64,000 nucleotides of DNA from Camelus ferus (taxonomy: Eukaryota): contig NC_045697.1 in the NCBI RefSeq assembly GCF_009834535.1, forward strand, positions 62,870,001-62,934,000. The letters are read 5' to 3'. The position numbers and the translations under genes are program-made. Positions 1 to 13,836 of the stretch are shown here, one piece after another. Within the stretch, counting starts at the first letter, position 1. Every line of letters begins with the position of its first letter. The notes under the pieces are model-generated. The model saw nothing but the letters and a program-made list of their open reading frames with translations. It ran no database searches and was not told the DNA's origin.

Positions 1-320
1 AAAACAACAACAAAAAACAGACCAGCACGTACACAATGAGTCAATACGGCCTTGGCACCTGGGAAGGGGGTCTTACCATCTTCAGAGGAGTAGTAGCATT
101 GGCATCCCAGGAAGAGGGGCATTTAACCTTTATTTTTAACATGGACACTTTTCACTTCTGGTCAGAGTGTCCTTTTCTTTAATAATTAAAGCAGAGGTAC
201 AATGCCTGTTTGATAGGTCACAAACAGATGGTTTTAAGTTAGCCTAAAACTCAAGTTAACTCATGTATAAGCCAGAAAGACTTCCCCATACCTCAACCTG
301 TGAAAATTTCTTTTCTTACA
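1..320 (-). mobile_element. Probable ERV-type LTR, 5' (U3) end, cut by the window edge
   Basis: The reverse complement starts TGTAAGAAAAG at 320, an LTR-like TG terminus, followed by U3-like sequence. Family not identified. Confidence 0.35.
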
Positions 321-803
321 TAGTATAGTATCTTTATCTTCTTCGAAGACTTTTTTTGCATACAAGGCGGAGTCTCAAGAAGTGGCTCACATGTGTCCTT
401 CTATACGTCATCTATTCTGAGACCTCCATCACTGAGGAACTCATGTGAAACGTCTTCATCATGTTAGCGCCACTCCTCCCTGCCACCTACCTCACCTCTG
501 TCACCACTGCTTGTTGCTGAGGCTGACTCAGCTGGTGCCAACAAGCACCACAAATGCCAGCACTAAAATCTTATAATGAGAACATTTCTGCTGTTGCCCA
601 CTGAAGCTGGTGTGGCTTTGGTATCGGAGCACAATGGCAAATCCTCTTCTCATTTCAGATTTAGGTTTATTTTCTTTCTTCCTCCTTTATCAAGGAAAGT
701 ATTGCTCAACTAATATGTTTTGATGTTAAGCTATTTACTTAGAATGGAAATATAGTTACCATGTAAGTTTGTAACACCGACCAAAGCTTTTAAAAATACA
801 GAA

Positions 804-1136
804 AAAAAGAAGACACTAATGAACTTATCTACAAAACAGAAACAGACTCACAGACATAGTAAACAAACTTATTTTACTGGGGGAAAAGGGGGTGGGAAGG
901 GTTAAATTGGGAGTTCAAGATTTGCAAATACTAACAACTATATATAAAAGAGACAATAAACAAATTTCTTCTATATAGCACAGGGAACTATATTCAATAT
1001 CTTGTAGTTACCAATAATGAAAAAGAATATGAAAATGAGTATGTATGACTGAAACATTATGCTGTACACCAGAAATTGACACATTATAACTGACTGTACT
1101 TTGATAAATAAATACATATATAAACAAATAAATAAA
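804..1136 (+). mobile_element. 5'-truncated L1 (3' UTR, cetartiodactyl/camelid type) with TSD
   Basis: Typical L1 3' UTR (aatgaacttatctacaaaacagaaacagactcacagacatag ... tatagcacagggaactatattcaatatcttgta) with an A-rich tail. A 13-bp direct repeat TAAAAATACAGAA lies at 791-803 and 1137-1149, in a TTTT/AAAA endonuclease context. Confidence 0.9.
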
Positions 1137-4100
1137 TAAAAATACAGAACACTTTCAGAAGGAAGCAGGGTTCTATAAAAGGTTGAGGACAAGAACCAAG
1201 AATATATCTTTCCCTACGTAGTGCAGTAGAGCTAGATAAATTTTAGATGAAACAGATTCCTTAATTGGTGCTATTTCTGTTAAGTGATGCTCTGGCAATC
1301 TAACTTTAGAATGTATATATTAGAGCTATACAGACCCACTTTAGAAACTTACAAACAAATGCCAGCATGATAAAATACATGGTAGGCAAAATTTAAAGAC
1401 CAAAGATTACACTGTTATGTTTATGTATATGAATTATTTTAGTCTCTCTCTTATTTTTCTCAAATTGTATATGAAGCATGATTTACAGATATGGCCAGGA
1501 GGGAAAGGGAGAAGGGGGATCACTGAATCTAGCACATGCTTTATTTTTTGTATTGTCCTTCAAATTCTCATTAGATTGTGGGGAGGGGAGGATAAATATA
1601 ACAATTTTTTCAATAGAACGGTTATTGAAATGGCTTCATTGCTTCTCTGCTGTAAGATATGGAAGTCCTGCTACCAGGTATATCACTTTGCTGAAGATAA
1701 AAATCATAATCAAAAAAGAAAACTAGTAATGTGGAATATGTTTTTAAAAAGTAGATTTATTGTGCATTTCAAATTTGGTTTTATGTAAAATACAGAGAAT
1801 ATGCTTAAATTTAGAAAGCATCTATAATATATACATTCACCAATATTTGAATGCCATTATTTTAAAATAACAATCATCATTTCATTTTTTCAATGAAACT
1901 TGACCATTTAAAAAATGAAATTCAGTCTACTATTAGTTCAGAGGTATTAGGGTCTCATTCCAGAAACTTACAGCTCTCTCTGTAACTCCAGCATCTGGAC
2001 CTATTGTATGCTTCCAGGTTTAAGATATAGGGACCCTGGTTTTGGACCAGGGCTCCTGTGCCAGTGTGCCTGGATGTATACACATAAGGTGGCTCATCTT
2101 AGCAAGCAGGTTCCATTTCCAGGTGGTTAGCTCGAGCAGACAGTGAGATTACTCTTGTCAGGCAGCCAAGAATTCCTGGTATGGTCCAATATCTGTGTCC
2201 CAGAAAGCAATAGCTGGATGAAGGCAGCTGTCTTGTCTGCTAAAATTTCCTCGATACAAAGGGAGCCAAATAGCTTTTCTTAGTTAAAGGCTGGGGTTTT
2301 GTTAGTATTGTTGTTTTATTTATTTTTTACCTGCATAGTCACAGCAAGGATTGAAATGGTTGGCATTTGTTTATCTCCTTTGAGAGCCAGTGCTTTTCCT
2401 GCCCAGCTATCTGTTGTTCCAGAAGCCATTATGTATGAGGCTGTAGAAGCCAAGTAGCAGTTTCCTCGATTCATTCCTGAAAACCTTCCCTTCTCTCTTC
2501 TTTCATTCTTAGATATCCACATGGCCTCATTATGGGAGCCAGAACCCTGAAAATGAGTTGGCCAAGGGCAGGTTGAGGTTGCCTAAATGTAGTGGTTGAA
2601 TAGCTGTGATTAAGCCTGCATTAAACATTGGTGGCACAGTTTGAAAGACATTTCTTGACCTTCTCACACGTGCAACCTGGAATTTCCATCATTAGAATCG
2701 TGTTGGGTTGACAGTGTTATGATTGCAAAATCAAATTACACACCAATCACTATGCTAGACACCAGATATAAAAGATGACCGAGGGATTGTCTAACCAGTA
2801 CTATATAATGAGATAATGTTCAGTAGAAACACACAAAGTACTGAGAAATGAGAAAAGAGGAACCTGCTTAGGCAAGAGAAGAGAGTCAATGAAACTAAGA
2901 TGAGGAATAAGTGCATTAAGCAGGTAGAGAGAGCAGCATGCTATTTCAGGGGGAAAAAAGAAGAATGAAAAAGCACAACCTATAAAAGTAATGGAGACGA
3001 GAAAGTGTGATCATATTTCCAGCAACATGGAAGGTGAATTGAATGCTGAGAGATGAGAAGGCAGTTAGGACATAGATGCAAAGAGCTCACTGAGATGGAG
3101 AAGTACTGATGAGAATGGAGAAGGGCCAGGAGTGTGAGCCATTTAGGAAAGAATATATACATGTTTAGGGGTGGAGGCCTCCTTTAGAAGAACATCCATG
3201 AACATAGTATAAGGGACATAAGCATTGGATCACTTACGTATAAAACTGTAGAAATTGAAGGACTATAGCACCTGGACAGGTAAATTCAAGAGGAAAGATA
3301 GAATCTAAGACTCGATCAAGGAAGAGAAGGGACACTTGACTTCAGGCTGTAGGAATGAGTAGTAAGGGCATCAAATGCACAGCAGTGTGAAAGGAATCTA
3401 ATTGGCGTGAAGAGCATCTGCTTCCCAACGCTGACTTGCGTTGCTGTGCTAACAATTTCTCAGATAATAGCAGCTAGCATTTCTAGTTTTAAATTTCCAG
3501 TTATTAACTATATTAGCTCATGATTCACCACATTGTAGACCTTTTGTAGTAATTTGAGAAAACGAAAATAATTCTTTTTTTTTTTTCTAAAACATAGCAT
3601 CCAGTGCTGGGGGTTTATAATGATACTATCAATATCCTTAAAGAATTTTTCCATGAGAATTTAACCAATGAATAATTTTAAGTATTATTTTCTACCAAAA
3701 TTACACAGATAAATTATTGATAAGAACACAAAATGCACATGAAACACCAGATTTAGAATTAACTTGATGTGAGAGGTCTATTCTCAAGGTTACATGTTTA
3801 TTCCTCTCTGCCACAGGGAATAATTCAGTGAGACATTTCAAATAATTTCCATTAAGATATTTCCCAAATAATGTTACTTTAATTTTCTAGCTGAAAATGA
3901 AAACATTTAAATATATTCATGGCTAATCAAATTAAAAGAGTGAAACTGGTACATAATGTGCTATTTTGTCTTATTCCAGTACCTCTAATGGGACTAAGTA
4001 AATAATGTCTCATTATCTTTCTCCGCATCAAATGCATTCATGGTGGCATCGATAGGCAGAGAGAAAAATGACTTCTGGATTAAGATTGAAATTGGTCGGG

Positions 4101-4702
4101 ACATTGTGGTAAAAGCTTTCTCTTTTAAATGCAGTGAGGTTATCTCAGTCCACAACATCGCACTATTGGAAGTTTGGTTTAGCTTTAAAAAAGGCTATGT
4201 ATTTCTTACTATGATACTTGATTTCCATTTCAGCAATGCTATCACACTGCAGCATGGTAACAGTTACTGACAGTATTTGCACATAATGAAATCGAAAGCT
4301 TCTTTTCATTCCTCAAAACCATGCTTCCAGTTCAGGACTTCATTAATTCTTGTCTTATGTACTACAACAACCACCTGTTTGTCCCTTTGTCTTTAATCTA
4401 TCCTGACTTGAATCCATCATTCTGTCTGATTAATCATCCTTTAGTTCCATTCTTCTGCTTCTCCCCTTCTCAAAAAGCTGCAATAACTCTTAACTCTCCA
4501 TTTCTAAAAATATTTTAAATTCTTTAGATCAATTATTTGCAACATTTTGGGTACCTATTCCAAGCAATCTGTTAATCTGCTGAAAGTTATGGACCTTTTC
4601 CCAATAACACTGCAATTATATTTACATTTACATCAAAGTTCTATAAAATGTCCAGCTAATTCACAGAGGCTCTGAAATACCTAGGAATAAGAACCCCTGT
4701 CT

Positions 4703-5270
4703 TTCATTTATTTCACAAATATCAGTGGGCTTTTATTATATGTCAGCCCATTTTATTTAGGTACTGAGCATAAAACAGATAAAATTCCTACCCTTATTTG
4801 GCTGTATTCTGGTGTGGGGAGGTAGACAATAAAGAAGATAAATAAGTAAAATACATAGGATGTGATACAGAGATGAGTGTTAAGGAGAAAATAGAAATCA
4901 GAGAGGTGGGAGAAATCAGAGACATGCTGAAAGGCAGTTGAGAAATTAAATAGGTCAACCGGGGAAGGTGTTGTTGCAAAAGTGGCTATTAAGCAAAAAC
5001 CTGAAGGAAGTGAGTGAATTAGCCATATGACTATTTGGGAAAACTATCTAAGCATTGGGATTAGAAAGTACAAAGGCCCTGAGGCAAGCATATTTGTAAA
5101 GTTTGGAGAACAAAAAGAGGACCATCAGAGCTGTAGTGGAGAGAATGAGAAGGTGTATAGTTAGAAACAAAGTCAGAAAGTAACATGTAACAGTGTATGT
5201 AGGGCCTTATAAGTCATAGTAAGTACTCTAAGTACTTTATGTTTATGCTGAGTGAGATGTCAGCCTTCAA
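4703..5270 (-). mobile_element. LINE-2 fragment
   Basis: Starts ttcatttatttcacaaatat, then purine-rich L2-like motifs (ggggaggtagacaataaa; acaaaggccctgaggcaag; tgtagggccttataagtcatagtaag). Confidence 0.7.
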
Positions 5271-5844
5271 GATATGTTCTAATTTCTCCACAGCTGATTT
5301 TAGCCAACTTTTTGTCTCAACTGTGGCTGCTCTCCAAACTGTATAACAAAATTTTATTTAATCTTCACGATGTGCAATGTAACCACTTGCATATATATAC
5401 ACATACCTATATACACATACCCCCACATATATACATGTATACACACATGCATACATACATGCATTTTAAAGTGAGTATGTGGATGTGTATGCGAAAATAT
5501 TTTTCCTGACACTCATAATTAGTAATTAGCTCATGCAAATTAAAACTTTAAAATTAACACAGAACCAAAATGATACTTGATCTTTACAGCTTATAAATCA
5601 CACACAAGTTTAAGCAAATAATATTTGTCACACTGTTACCAAGGCAGAAAAAGGATAGCTCATTGTATTAACTGCTGAATAAAAGTTGTTTCTTATTCAA
5701 AACATTAAGCTTTAGCAATTAATCCAACCACACAGCGTTTTAAGGCCATTAAGAAAAGATTCAGACTTCTTGGAGTATTTATTGATCATCTACTATGTTC
5801 CAGGCACCTTGGTAGGGACTGGAGATACAATATGTCAATTAAAT

Positions 5845-6298
5845 GATTTTGGTGCACAATGAACCATTCAAAAACTTAGTGGCCTGAAACAACACACTTT
5901 TTTTCTTTCTCATGAGCCATGGGATCCACTAGTCAGTTCTTCTGGTCTGAATCCACTTGTGTGACCCCTGAGGTCACATAATGTCTTGGTTGGGCTGTTT
6001 GGTCTAGGATGACTTTTTGAAAATGGCCACTGGCAGTGTGCTTGAGCTTGGGGGCTTCAGCTGACATAACACATCTCAGTTCTATACGGTCACTCCTCCT
6101 CCAGGAGGCCAGCATGGACTTCTTGACAGGGGACAGTCACAGCGATTGCAGGAGCAGCAAAGAGGGCAATCCCAAGTGCTTTGCAAGCCTCTGCTTATTC
6201 ATGTTTGCTATTGCATCTGCAAAAGCAAGTCATGTGGCCAAGTCTGCAGTCAGTGTGGGAGGTGACAATTGGAGGCCATTACTGCAATAGTCTACCAT
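5845..6298 (-). mobile_element. MaLR LTR (MLT1 family)
   Basis: caaaacttagtggcctgaaacaaca ... aaagcaagtcatgtggccaag ... gcaatagtctaccata are characteristic antisense MLT1 motifs. Confidence 0.75.
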
Positions 6299-6509
6299 AA
6301 ACAGTAGGCATTGTTGAAGGTGACAATTACAGTAAACACTTTCTCTGACAGAAGTAGCGACACGACATTTAATATTGCAATATTCGCAAGTGACATTTTG
6401 AAGAAAAGCCAAAATGCAAATCAAACCTTATAAAACAGCTTTTTTTACCCTAGAGAAAGTTATTCCTCAGAGAAAGATGCTACTAAGAATAACTTCTAAT
6501 TGTTGACTA

Positions 6510-6680
6510 CTAGGAGCTTGACATGCATTTTCTAATTTAGTATTTATAGAAAATCTGCCTGTTAGCAAGTTTTACTCCTTTTGCACAGAAGGTAATTCGA
6601 GGGTCTCAGAGGTTAAGTTACTTGTCCAAAGTCACTTAGTATGTTTTGAAATCAGGATTTAAGCTGAGAACCTACTGAAT
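6510..6680 (-). mobile_element. MIR SINE
   Basis: MIR core ctcagaggttaagttacttgtccaaagtcac. Confidence 0.7.
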
Positions 6681-6849
6681 ATAAAGTCTTTTTCTCTCTC
6701 TCTCTCCCTCTGTAATAGAAAGAACATGGACTAGGAATCAAGAAAAAGGATGCATTCTTGGCTACACATACATTCTTCATGTAATCAACATTTTACCTCC
6801 TAGTTTTTTTGGCTTTGTAAGTAATTTATTTTATTTTTTTCAACAGAAT

Positions 6850-7082
6850 TATTTATAATTGCTAAAATATGAGTGCACATCAATAGATGAATGGATAAAG
6901 AAAATGTAGTATATATATATGTAACAGAATACAACTCACCCACAGAAAAGAAGGATATTTTGCCATTTGTGGCCCTTCAATCACTTTTTTTTTCACTTCA
7001 AAAACTGGAATTTTATAACTGGCATAAACATTTCCATTGCATCAAAAACAACAAAACACCTAGGAGTAAACTTAACCAAGGA
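6850..7082 (+). mobile_element. Old L1 ORF2 fragments
   Basis: catcaatagatgaatggataaagaaaatgtagtatatata (ORF2 C-terminal region) and aaaacacctaggagtaaacttaaccaagga (KYLGINLTK-like motif; KHLGVNLTKD in the ORF track). Confidence 0.7.
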
Positions 7083-8419
7083 TTTACCTCCTAAATTTTT
7101 CTTGACTCCAGCAATTAACACCAGAGGTACTTTTTCAAAATTTAAATCTGCTCACGTTCCCCTTCTCACAAACTTTTAATAGCTCTCTCTCTCTGTTAGT
7201 TACAAAATATCATAGGGCTGTAAGTTCTGGCCCCTAACTACCTCTCTAAACTTCATGCTCCAGACACAAGCCTTGCTTCAGCAATCAATAAATCGGTCAA
7301 TTCAATCAATAAGTATTTCTTGAATGACTACTATGTATCTGTCTGTGGTATTTGGTATACATTCCCCAAATTTGGTATACACCAGGCAAAGATTGCTGCC
7401 ATCAACAGAGCCTGTGTTCTAGCTGAAAAGTCCATCAATGCACAACATTTGGTATTTGGTATCATTTGGTATTTAAACAAATGACAAACTGTATGAAAAA
7501 GGGATATCTTATGGGGAGAAGAAAGAATGATCAAGCCAGATAAAGCAGTCCTGGAGGATGTAGCGGAGCAAGTTCTAGTCTTATAGAAAATTGGGTGGGC
7601 AGGATAGACTTCATTGAGAATGTGGATCTGATGTACATTAAGGAGTTGGCTGAGAAGATATCTGAAGAAGGAGAACTAGAACGTTAAGATGCTGTCCAGA
7701 GGATGGCAAGGAGGACCCAGTGAGTGAGCTTGAGCGGGTGAAGGGGGAGCAGTGGAGAGAGGGCAGAGAGGTAATGGGAGCTGCACATCAGGTAAGGCTT
7801 GGTGGACCTCCCGCCCCGGGGGGCCTTTCTACAGAACGTTCTCTGCCTTCCTTGTTTGGTTAATTCCTGCTCATAATTCAGCCTTCAGTTCGAGTTTCCT
7901 TCTGCTGAAAAATCTTCCTGATTACATTGTCACCGAACTGCAGGTTCTCATAGCACTAGGGATTTCTCTTGAATTATTTATCACAGTGGGGTTTAATATC
8001 TTTGGCATGATTATTCTGTAATACTTTTACTTCCTCTGAGGCTGTAAGCTTCACAAGGACTAGGACTATTTCTGCCTATGCCTGCCACAAACTCCACAGC
8101 TTGTATCACAGTGTTGAAAATCCAGGAAGTGTGCACTAACTTGTGTTGAGATCATCAGTGAATGAAACACAGATGAAGCACTTATTATGGAAAGACGCAG
8201 CAGAGTGAATTTGAATAAGTCACGTCCACCTGCCAGGCTTCCCTTTCTTCCACGTTAAGTGGGCAGTTGGACTGACCAATCTCAGAGATGACATGAGGAT
8301 ATATAGTTTGGTGATTTTATGAGGAAGATTTAATACATTGCCTTCCAATATATTAAAGAGTTAATATACTCCTAATTGTTCTAATGCTTTTACCAAGAAG
8401 TATCATTCTACATAAACTT

Positions 8420-9945
8420 TGCTATGGGCCAAGTTGTGAACCTTCCAAAATTCATACGAATTCCTAAAACCCTATACCTCGGAATGTGACTGTATCTGGA
8501 GATAGGGCTTTAAAGGGCTAATTAAGGTAAAGTGAGGTAATCTGGATGGGCCCAAAATATTAGATAGCATGACTTGTTTCCAGTCCTAAAATAAAATGTA
8601 GTTCTTTTTAAGCTATATTGCATACAGATTATTATTATTATTTATTATATAAATGAAAGTTTTTATTGACATTAAATGTGATTAGAAATTATTGTTTTGG
8701 AAACAAAAATTTAGAAAATCATTCCTTCTTTTCCCAGACTCCAGAACTGTGAGAAATAAGTGTTTGTTGTTGTTGTTGTTTTTAACATTTTTTTATTGAG
8801 TTATAGTCAGTTTAAAATGTTTTGTCAATTTCCAGCATAGAACACAATTTTTCAGTTATATGCAAACATACATATATTCATTGTCACATTCTTTTTCGCT
8901 GTGAGCCACCACAAGATCTTATATATACTTCCCAGTGCTATACAGTATAATCTTGTTTATCTATTCTGCATATGCCTGTCAGTACCTACAAATTTTGAAC
9001 TCCCAGTCTGTCCCTTCCCACCTCACTCCCCTTGGCAACCACAAGTTTGTATTCTATGTCTATGAGTCTGTTTCTGTTTTGTATTTATGGGTTTTTTTCC
9101 TTTTTTAGATTCCACATATGAACGAACTCATATGGTATTTTTCTTTCTCTTTCTGGCTTACTTCACTTAGAATGACATTCTCCGGGGACATCCATATTGC
9201 TGCAAATGGTGTTGTGTTGTCATTTTTATGGCTGAATAGTATTCCATTGTATAAATATACCACATCTTCTTTATCCAGTCATCTGTTTATGGACATTTAG
9301 GCTGTTTCCATGTCTTGGCTATTGTAAATAGTGCTGCTATGAACATTGGGGTGCAAGGTGTCTTTTTGAAGTAGGGTTCCTTCTGGATATATGCCCAAGA
9401 GTAGTATTTCTGGGTCATATGGTAAGTCTATTCCTAGTCTTTCGAGGAGTTTCCTTACAGTTTTCCATAATGGCTGCACCAAAATCCATTCCCACCAGTG
9501 GTTTAGGAGGGTTCCCTTTTCTCCACATCCTCTCCAGCATTTATCATTGGTGGACTTTTTAATGATGACCATCTGGCTGGTGTGAGGTGATACCTCATTG
9601 CAGTTTTGATTTGCATTTCTCTGATAATTAGTGATAGCATTTTTTCATGTGCCTGTTGATCATTTGTATTTCTTCCTTGGAGAATTGCTTGTTTAGGTCT
9701 TCTGCCCATTTTTGGATTGGGTTGTTTGTTTTTTCCTATTATGTCATATGAGCTGCTTATACACTCTGGAGATCAAGCCTTTGTCAGTTTCATCTTTTGC
9801 AAATATTTTCTCCCATTCCGTAGGTTGTCGTTTTGTTTTTTTTATGGTTTCCTTTGCTGTGCAGAAGCTTGCAAGTAGTAAGTGTTTGTTGTTGAAGCCA
9901 CCCAGTCTATGGTATTTTGTTTTAGTAACCCAAACAGACCAAGAT
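8420..9945 (+). mobile_element. MLT1A/B-type MaLR LTR interrupted by a younger L1
   Basis: 5' part gaatgtgactgtatctggagatagggctttaaag ... taaggtaaagtgaggt. The 3' part ctccagaactgtgagaaataagtgtttgttgttg resumes after the L1 as aagccacccagtctatggtattttgtt. Confidence 0.8.
8773..9878 (-). mobile_element. 5'-truncated L1 (ORF2 C-terminus + 3' UTR), relatively young, with TSD
   Basis: Minus-strand ORFs 9297-9572 and 9503-9709 translate to the L1 ORF2 C-terminus ([40 protein letters not shown]). A 16-bp TSD TAAGTGTTTGTTGTTG lies at 8757-8772 and 9879-9894. Confidence 0.95.
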
Positions 9946-12900
9946 AGGCAGGTTAATTATAATTTTATAATTTATTACATACCTATTAGAGCACTATGGA
10001 TGAGAATATCCTAAAATATGAACTTCATTTTGTTTCTTCTCAAGAGAGTGAAGATTTTACCTAATTGCCAGGAAATGGAGCCTCAAATTAAGAGCTGAAA
10101 GTTTGGGGGAACCCAGGCACTGTGTCACTCATGTGAGTTACCTCTTCCAGAGCCACCCTCTCACCAGCAGCTCTACACATGTGAGGAGAGAAACGCTCAG
10201 CTGTTAGGGGTCCAGAGTGGATACGTGGACAAGGACAGAGCTAGACCAGAGGGAGAGTGTGATAGAGTTGCTGATTGGAAACCATCAATGAAATACAGTC
10301 GGGAACAATTTTCAGGAACAAATCATCAGTTTTTGAAACAACTGAGGCTGTTGATCAAAACCAATAGAACTTTGTTTCTAAAGTTCTCTAATACCTTGTA
10401 TATTTATCTACCAGAGAAAATTGTATTGTAAATATAGATTACCTGAATATACAAAGCTATGGTTTTTTTCCATTATGTATGAATACTTGATAAAATTAGT
10501 TTCATTTTAAAAATGAAAATCACCTCTGACTGTAGAATTTTAATTTACTTGAAAATTATAATTTGTTTTTAAGAAATATGAAAATTACTAGCAGTGAGTA
10601 TTACAATAACTAACCTGCACCACTGAACTTCATAGGAAACCAGAATAACTTAGACAATAAAAAGAATGGGAATAAAACCCAGAATCCTTGATCTTAATAA
10701 AGCGTGGAACTGCCTATAAAATTCTGATGTGGATGGCCAGCTGTGGTTCCCCAGAGCACTTCTTGGATATTTGAAGTGATATTAAAAGCAGTCACATTGT
10801 CTTTACACAGTGCACTGGAAAAGGCCCTTTAAAACTGGCCACTAGCAACATTTTCACTGGCAGTAAAACTTGTCAGCTTCCTCTTTTGAAATTATACTAC
10901 ACAGAGCATGCCTCCCATCCAAATCCCTCTGAAAGAAATGAGTGTCCCAAGAGGAAGTCTTACCATGTTCTAGAAACTTCAGCCCGGTGTATATTATTAA
11001 GTGGAGGACTTACAACTGGGTTTGCTTTCCATTCCTACATAGCAGCCATTACTTCCCTTTACCTCAGTGTTACTTAGATTTTACCACTGTTTACAGTTGG
11101 TTGCAAATGGCCTGGACAGCCTGCAAGTGTGAAGATCTGATCATGCCTCACTCAGTAAGGCACCTTCTGCTGTTAATAGGTTTTACACATTGTTTCAAAT
11201 CTGACTTTCAGCTTTTCCAAAGAATGTGAATACCAGTAGTTGTATCAGTACTTTTCTTTTTATGTGCTTTTGCCATCTAATGCTAAGCTGTCACCCCTGG
11301 AGTTCCCATTCCCTTCATTTGGTACACAGCTTGACTGTATTTTGTTATATTCATCAGAACTTCGACTCCATCTGCATGGTCCTTTTTCTGATCCAACTGT
11401 GTCATACCCCTGCTGTATTTCCTCATCTCAAGACACTTTTACATCTTGCAGCATTACTCTTCAATCTGGCAAATGGTCCTTTATGATTTTTCACTTATCA
11501 AGACAGGCATGCGCCTTTGTTCTGGAGAGTTTATTATATGTGTATTTTCCACATATGTTAAAATCATTGCCTGTCTCCTCAACATTACTTTTTGGCAGAT
11601 TATATACATATACATTTCTGAGGAAACAGAAACATGAAACCTGAATAAGTAGGCTGTTAAAAGTGTCAGGCCAGTAAGAAATAAACCCACAGATGAAGTG
11701 TTACTGTCTGCTATACTCTGATTCATTGACTATAAATGTGGCTATATAGTAAACTTAAAATATTTCTGTAAAACAGACTTCATTACTCTCTCTTAGAAAG
11801 TTTTATTTAACATTCAAAAATTAACTACATGTATAACTAACAAGGAGAAATATGCAATGCCATTAAGAAAATATGCAAGTGAAGTGAAAATGAAAAAAAG
11901 AATAATTAAAATATAAAAAATGGGTCATCAAATAATTTCTATTTATTATCCAGATTGCTAGATGCTAGACATTAACTTGTCTGTTGGTTGGTTTGTTTTC
12001 CTCTTAAAAGAGGTAGAGAGAATGCTTCGGAATTAAGTTCTCTATGCTTCAAGTCTATCATTCTAGCCACAGTAACAGAGTACAGCTTGCTACTTTATTA
12101 GGGGCAAGTATGTGACTTGGACTTAAATTTTTGTTTTCTGCCATTTGTTAACTTTTCACTTCAATCATATCATTTAACTTTCCCATTCTCCATTTCTTCA
12201 CAACTGAAATAAAAGAATTGGAGTATTTGACATTCTAGTTATAAAAACTCTGTGCTGACATGGCTAACTCACATTTCTCTTTTTCTATTTCTTCTCCCTT
12301 AATCTGAATTCTCTAAAAATCTCTGATTTCTTCCTGACTCGTTAGTTTTGCAACTATTCTTCAAATTTATAAAGTTATATAATTTTTAATTAAAAATAAT
12401 GTATCATTGTATGTACCCCTCAGGAACCCCCCTTTCAGTAGGTGTGTGCCTGCCATTAGAGCAGTTCCTAAAAAGCTAATGAGAAGGAATGATCACTTAA
12501 CTGACTTGTTTATTTTATACAGTTAGAAACTGAGGGTCAAATAGATTATGTAAATGATCAAAGGTTTTAACTGTTTGGTAGCATCATAAGGAATAGATTC
12601 CCTGACCCTTTATACACATTTATATATTTTTAGCTAGACATTTCCCTCCTTTCTGAATTCTCTTCAATCTGTTAATAGAGTTTGGATTTTTTAAGAAAAA
12701 ATTTTATACTATACTCTCAGATTAATGATTCATGGTCAATTTCTCATGAACTATGACCACAAGCCATTTTCTTCCAGATTTATGGAATATTTTATTTGTT
12801 TTCTCTCCTAATGTACAGACCCACAACCGTCTTTATTGAACTACATTCTGTATCTGATGATTTCTTTATTAACCTATGGTTTCTTCCAATCTTTATGACC

Positions 12901-13820
12901 TTAATCTTTCTGGGCCTCAATTTTCTCATTTGCAAAATAAAGGGCTTTGATTAGATTAATTCCTGAGGCACCTTTTACCTCCGAAACACCATTTTCCAAA
13001 TTCGGACTGAATCAATCTTCAGCTCCTTAATGTCACTTTCAGATTTAAAAAATATGTTCTGCATTTTATCATCCAGGCACTGGAAGAGAAGATAGACCAA
13101 CATGAGGCCCCAAATCAACTCTTCCAGGACCCATTTGTCACACTCTCCTGAGCTGACACTAATGCATTGATCACATCCCTATTACTCATTTATATTCTCT
13201 GCAAGTGTTTTCAGTTTGGAGGACATTTGTCAATGTTTTATAGAATTCCTGGGGCAAATTCATTTTACTTTATTCTATATTTTTTCCTTAAATTTTGCTT
13301 CTTCAAATTGATAAGCTTATGCAAATTCATTTTTAATATCATTTCCAAGACTTTAAAAAAATGGAAATGTTAGATCAGGTCAATTCAGTTGAAAAGATCA
13401 ATATTCTGCTGATTCTAGGAATACCAAATTTATCTGGTTTTAAGATTGAGAAACAAATAGACTATAATTATTGTCGGAGGCTTACAAAGTTTGAATTAAT
13501 CTTATAAAGTAATTTTGCTTTATTTTGTCTTCTAGAATCTGATTGGAATTAACCAGATTAGATGTGTAAGCATCATCATTTTTCAACAAATTAATATAAA
13601 ATTTTGAAGAGTAAAAAATAACATTGTTATTTTCCCGTAACTTCATCTAGCCTTGCTGTAAACCGCAATACCAAACTAGCCTGCAATTCTTTTGAGACAT
13701 TTACTTAATTAATTCAAATCTGTTTTGCTCCTTCTGTAAAATGTCTTTGAATATAATATGCTGTTCTGCTTCCAACATTTTGTTTCTATTGTCTCTAGAA
13801 AGAAACTATGATCTTAACTT

Positions 13821-13836
13821 TGCCAGCAGAGGGCAC
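13821..13836 (+). promoter_or_regulatory. Candidate CTCF binding site
   Basis: TGCCAGCAGAGGGCAC closely matches the CTCF core CCASYAGRKGGCRS and sits in otherwise AT-rich unique DNA. Confidence 0.55.

Noticed and set aside
5390..5465. (CA/TA)-rich tract giving a His/Tyr/Thr-rich ORF (similar tract at 62255-62345)
   Set aside because: Low-complexity alternating purine-pyrimidine repeats, not coding.
9118..10014. Cluster of 60-100 aa ORFs
   Set aside because: Frameshifted L1 ORF2 remnants and their antisense frames.
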